Shown piece by piece: positions 58,020 to 64,000 of a stretch of 64,000 nt of DNA. This stretch comes from Armatimonadota bacterium (GTDB lineage: Bacteria > Armatimonadota > Zipacnadia > Zipacnadales > Zipacnadaceae). The notes beneath the pieces were generated by a model. It had not been told where the DNA came from, did no database searches, and saw only the letters and a list, made by a program, of their open reading frames with translations. The stretch is from NCBI GenBank assembly GCA_036504235.1, contig DASXVN010000076.1, forward strand, positions 4,395-68,394. Reading direction: 5' to 3'. Position numbers and translations under genes: made by a program. Position 1 is the first letter of the stretch. Every line of letters begins with the position of its first letter.

Positions 58020-58529
58020 ATGGACCGCACCCCTACCGACAATCCGGTCGTTCGCCTGCCGCAACGACATGACTGCCGCCCGCGGCTTGATTCGTACGTC
58101 TACGGGCCGTCTGGCTATGTCACGCACGTTGCCATCGGTTCTCACCGAAAACGCCCGGTGCTGACTACCAATCCCCAGGTCGCTGGCCTGATCTGCGCGT
58201 GCCTGGAGGCTGCGGCCTTCGCCCAGGGTGGGCGGCTCTATTGCTACTGTCTGATGCCCGATCATCTGCACTTTCTGGTCGCCATTGACCCGGGCGGGAG
58301 CAACGTCGCCACGATCGTTCGCTCTTTTGGCATCCGGGTGACGATGCGGACCAAGCACCTCTGCGCTCCGCCGCTTTTCCAACGCAGCTTCTACGATTCC
58401 GTAGTCCGGGAGGACGACGATCTACCGGAGCGCTGCACATACGTGGTGAATAATCCGGTGCGCCAGGAGCTGGTGGCGGATTGGCGCGACTATCCTTACA
58501 CGTGGCTCTCTCCAGAGTTGGGAAGCTAA
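58020..58529 (+). CDS. REP-associated tyrosine transposase (RAYT; IS200/IS605-like HuH Y1 transposase family)
   Basis: HuH motif in ...YCYCLMPDHLHFLVAI..., catalytic-Tyr region ...CTYVVNNPVRQELV...; about 165 aa, typical RAYT size. Flanked on both sides by REP palindromes beginning GTAG. Confidence 0.75.
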   Translation: MDRTPTDNPVVRLPQRHDCRPRLDSYVYGPSGYVTHVAIGSHRKRPVLTTNPQVAGLICACLEAAAFAQGGRLYCYCLMPDHLHFLVAIDPGGSNVATIVRSFGIRVTMRTKHLCAPPLFQRSFYDSVVREDDDLPERCTYVVNNPVRQELVADWRDYPYTWLSPELGS

Positions 58530-58545
58530 CGCTGTTGCCCTTGTA

Positions 58546-58950
58546 GGGAGACGACCGCTTCATGCGCGAACCCCCTGCCGTTGCCCTTGTAGGGGCGGAA
58601 GTTGCCCGGTCCGCCGGGTAATCTCCGCCCGCGCCCGCCACCAACCGCCTCTTCCTCACCCCCTGACGCCCAACGCGACATCGCCTCGTCGAATCAGCGA
58701 ACCACCCCCAACCTAGCGACCGCCGCGGGCGGAGATTCGGCGCCGACGCCGAACTTCCGCCCCTACGGGAGACGACCGCTTCATGCGCGAACCCCTGCCG
58801 TTGCCCTTGTAGGGGCGGAAGTTTTCGCGTCCTAGCGAAAATCTCCGCCCGCGCCCGCCACCAACCGCCTCTTCCTCACCACCTGACGCCCAACGCGACA
58901 CCGCCTCGTCGAATCAGCGAACCACCCCCAACCCTAGCGACCGCCACCGT
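58546..58950. repeat. Tandem direct duplication (~220-nt unit x2), each unit containing a REP, separated by an inverted REP
   Basis: GTAGGGGCGG at 58589 and 58809. Unit 1 inner stem TTGCCCGG/CCGGGTAA versus unit 2 TTTTCGCG/CGCGAAAA (compensatory changes preserve the hairpin). Inverted REP GCGGGCGGAGATTCGGCGCCGACGCCGAACTTCCGCCCCTAC at 58727-58768. Confidence 0.6.
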
Positions 58951-59100
58951 TCTGCTGCTAGTGTTCTGGCACGGACTGGGAATGTACCTCGCGCACCTGC
59001 ATGCCGGATAGGACGCCCCCTCCCGCCGAACCTCTCCCGGCGCCCCGGCGTCGTTCCTCCTCAGACGTCGCACCCTTGCCGCCCCTGGGAGGAACCCCGT

Positions 59101-59670
59101 ATGCGCCCGAAGGCCCGTTGGTATCGAGGAGCCCTCACTGCCGCCGGAGCCCTGATCGCCACCAGCGCCTGGGCGCAAGGCCCTCCCGGGCCGCCCCGCC
59201 GGTCCTTCTGGCTGGACCCTGTCCACCTCCTCGGCCTCTCCGCGCCCCTGGTCATGGCCGTGGCCCTGGTCATCGGCCTGACCATCTTCTTCGGCCTACG
59301 CCGTCATGGCCTGGCCTATGACTCGCCGGCCCGCCAGGGTCGCCGCCGCTGGCATATCGCCTTCGGCCTGACCGGGGGTAGCCTCGCGATCGCCCACGCC
59401 CTCGGCCGCTACCACCAGTTTGGCGACAAAATTGACTTCACCCAGGCGGCGCCCAACCTGGCCCTGGCCTCGGTGCTGCTGCTAGCTATCGCCGGCATCT
59501 TGCGCGCCTCCCTGCCCTCTCGCCACGCCACCGCCCTGAGCGTCTTGGCCTGGTGCCACCGGCTGGGGGTGGTGGGCATGCTGGGTTTCGCCGCCTGGCA
59601 CGCGACCGGCGCGGTCCTCTTTCACCTCGCGCGGATGGCGAAGGCCGCCGCGACGCCCCCTCGCGGCTAG
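59101..59670 (+). CDS. Membrane protein of unknown function (signal peptide + 4 TM helices, conserved His residues)
   Basis: GGGAGGAA RBS 6 nt before ATG. Hydrophobic helices with His in HIAFGLTGGSLAIAH and WCHRLG...AWHATG. Confidence 0.45.
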   Translation: MRPKARWYRGALTAAGALIATSAWAQGPPGPPRRSFWLDPVHLLGLSAPLVMAVALVIGLTIFFGLRRHGLAYDSPARQGRRRWHIAFGLTGGSLAIAHALGRYHQFGDKIDFTQAAPNLALASVLLLAIAGILRASLPSRHATALSVLAWCHRLGVVGMLGFAAWHATGAVLFHLARMAKAAATPPRG

Positions 59671-60030
59671 TTTTTTTGGGTATTTTTTCTCCCCGAGAAG
59701 GAATCCCCCCGGACAGGGGGAATACCACCTGCGGCGCGGGTTACTACTCGCGCTTGACAACAGGTTTTGCACTCGGGGCATTGGCGCGCGCGAGCGCGTC
59801 GGGGCAATCTTCGCAGCTGGACAGAGGCGGACTCGGCTTTCTTTTCTGCTTGGGGGCAGACTAGAGCGTACCGGTCGGGTCAGCGTCGGTCCTCACCACA
59901 CTACTACCTCTCCCCTATCACACCAACGGTCTTGCCGTCCCTATCGGTCGTCCGCCAAGCGCGGCCACTCGGGCGAGATTCGCTAGGTCCCGCCAGTGGG
60001 CGCGGCTTGGCGCGTCCGCCTACGACCGAC

Positions 60031-60115
60031 TGTGGATAACTACGTGGATTCCGCGTGAATAAGCGGTATACGCGTGGTTCGTCACCTGTGGAAAACCACA
60101 CTTGGCTGTGGATAA
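60031..60115. promoter_or_regulatory. Cluster of DnaA boxes: two perfect TGTGGATAA 9-mers (60031-60039, 60107-60115) and one 8/9 match (60087-60095)
   Basis: Perfect matches to the DnaA-box consensus TTATCCACA (reverse orientation) in a ~70% GC background, 40-125 nt upstream of the oxidoreductase start. An AT-rich stretch lies at 59670-59700. Confidence 0.4.
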
Positions 60116-60155
60116 CTCGCCGTACCACCAGCATTTCAGGAGGATCAGTATCGCT

Positions 60156-61229
60156 ATGGCCACTCCTCGTATCGGCATCGTCGGCATCGGCACTTTCGGC
60201 ATCAATCACCTGCGCTGTTTCCGGCAGATGGGCTACACGGGCGACGCGGAATTGGTCGCCGCTTGCGATATGAACGCGGACCTGCTCGCCCTGCGCCAGC
60301 AGGAATTCAGCTTCACCCCTTACACCGACTATCACGAGATGCTGGAGAAGGAGAACCTGGACGGAATCACCGTGGTCACGCCCGACCCCTTCCACCGCGA
60401 GGTAGTCCTCGCCGCCGCCGCCGCCGGCGTCCACGTGATGAGCGAAAAGCCCCTCGACGTAACCGTAGAGGGCTGCCAAGAGATGACCGAGGCCTGCGCG
60501 CAGGCCGGCATCCTGCTGCAGGTGGACTTCCACAAGCGCTATGACGAGTACCATCTGGCTATGCGCGACAAGATCGCCGCCGGCGACCTCGGCCAAATCG
60601 AGTACGGCTACGCGCACATGGAGGACCGCATCGAGGTCCCCCGCGACTGGTTCCCCGGCTGGGCGGGCAAGTCGTCCCCGGCCTGGTTCCTGGGCATCCA
60701 CTTCTACGATCTGGCCCGCTTCCTGCTGGGAGCCAACGGGGTCTCCGTCTGGGCTACCGGCAATCGTGGCCGCCTGCGGAGCCTCGGCGTGGACGCCTGG
60801 GATTCCGTCTGCGCCAAGGTCCTCTTCGACAACGGCGCCACGGTCAGCTTCGACACCTCCTGGATTCTCCCGGACGGTTTCGAGGCCATCGTCAACCAGG
60901 GCATCCGCCTGGTCGGCGCCAAGGGCATGCTCGAATGCGACAGCCAGGACCGCGGCACGATGACCTGCTGCGCCGACGATCAGCCCATGATGCAGACCCA
61001 CAACAAGAGCTTCCTGCGCCAGGTGACGGACAAGTACGGGCGCGAGCTCTGGGAGGGCTACGGCATGACCAGCATCGCCGACTTCGCCCTCAACGTAAAG
61101 CTGCTCCTGGAGGGCCGCACGCTAGCCGACCTCGGCGCGTACCCCAGCGGCGAAGACGGCATAGAGGCCACCAAAATAGCCGCCGGCGTACATAAGAGCC
61201 TGGAATCCGGCGGAATCGTACAGCTGTAG
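60156..61229 (+). CDS. Gfo/Idh/MocA-family NAD(P)-dependent oxidoreductase
   Basis: N-terminal Rossmann motif IGIVGIGTFGINH; C-terminal alpha/beta domain. ATG at 60156 preceded by AGGAGGA. Confidence 0.8.
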   Translation: MATPRIGIVGIGTFGINHLRCFRQMGYTGDAELVAACDMNADLLALRQQEFSFTPYTDYHEMLEKENLDGITVVTPDPFHREVVLAAAAAGVHVMSEKPLDVTVEGCQEMTEACAQAGILLQVDFHKRYDEYHLAMRDKIAAGDLGQIEYGYAHMEDRIEVPRDWFPGWAGKSSPAWFLGIHFYDLARFLLGANGVSVWATGNRGRLRSLGVDAWDSVCAKVLFDNGATVSFDTSWILPDGFEAIVNQGIRLVGAKGMLECDSQDRGTMTCCADDQPMMQTHNKSFLRQVTDKYGRELWEGYGMTSIADFALNVKLLLEGRTLADLGAYPSGEDGIEATKIAAGVHKSLESGGIVQL

Positions 61230-61245
61230 GGCGTTGTCCGCCGCC

Positions 61246-61274
61246 CGTCGGTGGCACCGGCGTCTCGCCGGTGC
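61246..61274 (+). terminator. Conserved hairpin element GTCGGTGGCACCGGCG-TCT-CGCCGGTGC (second copy of the 27646 element)
   Basis: Starts 17 nt after the oxidoreductase stop; 27/28 identical to the copy after the HEAT-repeat gene; no U-tract. Confidence 0.45.
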
Positions 61275-61275
61275 A

Positions 61276-61480
61276 TGCCGTTAGCATCTTGGCCGTTGCC
61301 GTTGCCGTTGCCGTTGTAGGGGCGCGTTTGGCGGCGTCTGCGCCGACACACACGCCCGCTCGCTGCCTGACAGTCAGCGTAAGGGGACAATCCCCGGCCG
61401 TTGCCGTTCGACTTTGCCGTTCCCTCTCCTATTTAGGGGAGGGCGGCGGCGTCCCCGCCGCCGGGGAGGGGTCCGCCGTT
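61276..61480. repeat. Mosaic repeat cluster (GCCGTT x4 tandem, REP, CCTCTCC-TATTTA-GGGGAGGG hairpin)
   Basis: GCCGTTGCCGTTGCCGTTGCCGTT followed by GTAGGGGCGCGTTTGGCGGCGTCTGCGCCGACACACACGCCC, then the hairpin and CGGCGGCGTCCCCGCCGCCG palindrome. Confidence 0.6.
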
Positions 61481-61556
61481 GCCGCACCCGAACGTTTTCG
61501 CTCGCGACTCGCTCCGGCGACTCGCGTTGACTAACACAAAAGGGAGGTGAACAATT

Positions 61557-61976
61557 TTGCGGAGTATTCACTTGCGGGTGGCTGTGGGAGTGGTTGGCGC
61601 CTTGTTGGCGCTGGGCGCGACGTTGGCCGTGAGCTCTTTAGGTCAGGACAACGTACCGCTGATCTGGGATGGCCACCTGATCCTACGTATTCGCGTGGGC
61701 AGCGGCGGGCTGACGTCAGCGGAGCGAGCCTCAGAGATTCAGATGCGCCTGGAGGACCTCATGGCCGACCAGTTCGCCAATGAACGCGCCGACATAATCG
61801 GGCGCATCGCCGTGCACAAGTACGGCAAGGAGCTAACCATCGGCACCCCCGACCGTCTGCTCATGACCGTGACCCTGGCGGACGCGCGGGCCTGTAACTC
61901 GACCGTATTCTGGCTGGCCCAGTACTGGCGCGCCCGGATCATCGAGGCCATGATCATAGCCACGCGCACCGGCTAG
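61557..61976 (+). CDS. Small secreted protein of unknown function
   Basis: TTG start with AGGGAGGTG RBS at 7-nt spacing; signal peptide (VAVGVVGALLALGATLAVSS). Confidence 0.45.
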   Translation: MRSIHLRVAVGVVGALLALGATLAVSSLGQDNVPLIWDGHLILRIRVGSGGLTSAERASEIQMRLEDLMADQFANERADIIGRIAVHKYGKELTIGTPDRLLMTVTLADARACNSTVFWLAQYWRARIIEAMIIATRTG

Positions 61977-62080
61977 CGCTCGTCTCCCGAGAACCGCTTC
62001 ACCACACCGCTGCCCTATATCGCACTAATCGCCGCGCATATCCGCCGCACCCAACTCGGGATCGTACAGATCAAGCCAGG

Positions 62081-62660
62081 CCGGGGAGCACTTTCCCCGG
62101 CCTGCTTTGCGTTCGAAGGGCAGCCGCTAACCCTCCCGTAGGGGCGGAGCTTGCTCCGCCCGGCCGTTAGCCGTCGCCGTTGCCGTCGCCGTTTGTAGGG
62201 CGGGGACTCGTGCCCCGCCGTCGCTAGGCAGACGTAATCCGCCGGGGCACAGTCCTCGGCGCACTGTGCGAATGCCGTTGCCTTTCCCGGAGGGGCCGCA
62301 CGAGCGCAGCGAGGCCAGCCCTGCCGTTCGCCTTGGCCGTTTGTAGGGCGGGGCCTACGCGCCCCGCCGGCCGTTGCCTCTGCCCTTGCCCTTCTCCCCC
62401 TCTCCCAAGCCGAAGGCGCGGGAGAGGGGGCCGGGGGGTGAGGTTAAGACTGGCGTCCCGCCTCCCCCTTCCGCTTCGACGCGGGCGGAGCAAGCTCCGC
62501 CCCTACGGGGAAACGGCGCCGGCCATCCGCCGTTCCCCCCTCTCCCAAAGTGGGAGAGGGGCGGGGGTGAGGAAGCCGTTGCCGTTCCCCCCTCTCCTGC
62601 GGGCGCTCGTCGGCGAGCGCCACGGAGAGGGGCCGGGGGTGAGGCCCGGCGGTCACTGCC
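62081..62660. repeat. Large mosaic repeat cluster bounded by inverted REPs (GTAGGGGCGGAGCTTGCTCCGCCC at 62139 / inverse at 62483)
   Basis: Contains the hairpin CCGGGGAGCACTTTCCCCGG, GCCGTT/GCCGTC tracts, GTAGGGCGGGG-loop-CCCCGCC REPs (62196, 62343), the 42-nt box (62288-62330), and three CCCCTCTCC/GGAGAGGGG hairpin copies (62396, 62541, 62583). Confidence 0.6.
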
Positions 62661-62678
62661 GACGCTCCGGGCGCTAGC

Positions 62679-63119
62679 TCACTGCATGTGCGCCTCAATG
62701 TGAATGTCGCCACTAGCGAAATTCACGGTGCCAAAGCCCCAGACCTGTCGCGTGTTGACCCACAAGTAATCCTCGGCCGGCGTGGTGAGACTGATGTTCT
62801 CACAAAGGTCGGCGATGGCCTCGCCGGCGCGAGGCACGCCCACCCCGTCGGCCGACAGGGCGATCCGCTGACCGCCCTTCGTCTCAATGACGGCGCGTAT
62901 GTCGAGGTCAATGCGCCCGTCCGCCCGCAGTCGGAGGTAGTCCACGCCCCGCACCTGACCAGTCAATCGCCCCGTGGCGTGACCTTCAAAGGCCACGTCA
63001 ATGCGAGCACCTTGCGGAGGGATTGGAGACTGGCCCGCGAGGATGGACTTCAGCGTAATCCCGTAGTCCGTCACTCCCATGACTTTCAGATCGTATTCGT
63101 AGATCTTTTCGCCTCTCAT
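62679..63119 (-). CDS. DUF3237-like small protein
   Basis: 146 aa from the ATG at 63119. ...IPPQGARIDVAFEGHATGRLTGQVRGVDYLRLRADGRIDLDIRAVIETKGGQRIALSADG... matches the DUF3237 pattern; the ORF-finder N-terminal extension is repeat DNA. Confidence 0.45.
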   Translation of the reverse strand: MRGEKIYEYDLKVMGVTDYGITLKSILAGQSPIPPQGARIDVAFEGHATGRLTGQVRGVDYLRLRADGRIDLDIRAVIETKGGQRIALSADGVGVPRAGEAIADLCENISLTTPAEDYLWVNTRQVWGFGTVNFASGDIHIEAHMQ

Positions 63120-63221
63120 GGAACCCCTTCTCTCTTCTACTGAGTTTGCAGTGCCACGCGTCGCGAAACCCAACTGGCCCTCAACCGGGCCGCCCGCCCC
63201 GACCAACGCGCCGGCTGAGCA

Positions 63222-63556
63222 AGCCTTGCCGTTGACGTTGCCCTCGCCGTTGCCGTTCGCCGTTTCCCCGGAGGGGCCGCACGAGCGCAGCGAGGCCGGC
63301 CCGGCCGTTGCCGTTCTCCCCCCTCTCCCAAGGTCCGCCGCGGGAGAGGGGGGCCGGGGGGGTGAGGTCAAACGTAACTCCCGCCTCCACCCCTCGCCCC
63401 AACCTCCGCCTCTGCCGTTCCCCCCTCTCCCCAGTCCGCGCGGGGAGAGGGGCCGGGGGTGAGGAGCCGTTGCCGTACGCCGTTGCCTTTGCCGTAAACC
63501 CCTCCCTTCAGGGAGGGGTGCCCGCAGGGCGGGGTAGGGCCGTTGCCGTTCCCCTA
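63222..63556. repeat. Mosaic repeat cluster
   Basis: GCCGTT tracts, the 42-nt box (63268-63309), two CCCCTCTCCC/GGGAGAGGGG hairpin copies (63320, 63421), and the CCCTCCC-TTCA-GGGAGGG hairpin. Confidence 0.6.
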
Positions 63557-63588
63557 GACCACCGACCACCCACCACCGACTTCCCCCC

Positions 63589-63620
63589 TTGCATCTATTT
63601 TCGTTTTATGCTAAATTACC
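63589..63620 (+). promoter_or_regulatory. Sigma-70-type promoter for the ArsR-family gene
   Basis: TTGCAT-N17-TAAATT in a locally AT-rich stretch directly upstream of the ATG at 63625; short or no leader. Confidence 0.45.
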
Positions 63621-63624
63621 AAAC

Positions 63625-63975
63625 ATGAACACCGAAGCTTGCTGTCCTGAGACCGACTCCTCCCTGTACGAGGCCCGCGCCGAGGTCTTCCGCGCCCTCG
63701 CCCACCCCACCCGCCTGCGTCTGCTCGAGTGCCTGGCCGACGGCGAGCACTGCGTCTGCGAGTTGCATGTCGCCGTCGGCTCCAGCCTTCCCACCGTCTC
63801 CCGACACCTCGCCCAGATGAAGGCCGCCGGCCTCCTGGGCTGCCGCCGCGAGGGGAACAACATCCACTACCGGCTGCTGGTCCCGTGCATCACCAACACC
63901 CTAGCCTGCATCGACGAGGCCCTCCGCGCCGACAGCGATCGCCGCGCCGAGGTCTGCTCCGCCTGCTCCCGGTGA
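63625..63975 (+). CDS. ArsR/SmtB-family metalloregulatory transcriptional repressor
   Basis: Winged HTH (...RALAHPTRLRLLECLADGEHCVCELHVAVGSSLPTVSRHLAQMKAAGLL...) with metal-site cysteines (CVC, C-terminal CSAC). Confidence 0.75.
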   Translation: MNTEACCPETDSSLYEARAEVFRALAHPTRLRLLECLADGEHCVCELHVAVGSSLPTVSRHLAQMKAAGLLGCRREGNNIHYRLLVPCITNTLACIDEALRADSDRRAEVCSACSR

Positions 63976-64000
63976 CCTGATGACCAGGAAAGACGCCCCG

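Noticed and set aside
59904-61001. 365-aa minus-strand ORF opposite the Gfo/Idh/MocA oxidoreductase and the DnaA-box region
   Set aside because: Antisense to a CDS with a Rossmann motif and RBS; the translation is low-complexity.
47803-63556. Possibility that the repeated hairpin modules form a CRISPR array
   Set aside because: Conserved units are not regularly spaced. The variable parts are hairpin loops of 6-30 nt, not 30-40 nt spacers between identical direct repeats. Copies are scattered in many intergenic regions in both orientations and are nested with REP elements. No cas genes are present.
47803-63556. Possibility that the small genes separated by palindromic repeats represent an integron cassette array with attC sites
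   Set aside because: Genes are in mixed orientations and include housekeeping-type functions. No intI gene is present. The repeats lack the R''-L''...L'-R' attC organisation with a GTTRRRY core and instead begin with the RAYT-type GTAG.
1-64000. tRNA or rRNA genes
   Set aside because: No cloverleaf-compatible segments with GTTCGAATC/GTTCAAATC-type T-loops were found in intergenic regions, and no rRNA-like stretches. The window appears to lack stable RNA genes.

Overview
This window is a high-GC (about 68-70%) bacterial chromosomal segment, densely coding, with long co-directional minus-strand gene runs. It carries a conserved housekeeping block in Firmicute/Terrabacteria-like order: efp-accB-accC-nusB-xseA-xseB-dxs-(histidine kinase)-(TPR)-nadK-recN. 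Other genes include uvrA fused to cell-envelope glycosyltransferase genes, a CorA transporter, an ECF sigma factor, and oxidative-stress genes (flavodiiron protein, rubrerythrin). There is also an SLH-collagen-like-porin outer-membrane tether, a DUF1559 prepilin-like protein, and an unusual MacB/FtsX-type ABC transporter whose permease is a 1653-aa giant carrying a degenerate M28/TfR-like ectodomain. Gene content suggests a diderm Terrabacteria lineage such as Armatimonadota; this is inference only. The second half (about 47-64 kb) has intergenic regions packed with mosaic GC-rich palindromic repeats: REP-like elements beginning GTAGGG, CCCCTCTCCC/GGGAGAGGGG hairpins, CCCTCCC/GGGAGGG hairpins, a conserved 42-nt box, and GCCGTT hexamer tracts. 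A REP-associated tyrosine transposase (RAYT) gene sits among them. Notable anomalies follow. The AccB ortholog has Arg in place of the biotinylated Lys. A hicBA toxin-antitoxin pair plus a membrane ORF is inserted between accB and accC. A second HicB-like remnant is truncated by a REP insertion. Extra genes lie between xseA and xseB. recN is translationally coupled to two paralogous membrane-anchored HEAT-like proteins. Two perfect DnaA boxes cluster upstream of an oxidoreductase gene. No rRNA, tRNA or CRISPR arrays were found.
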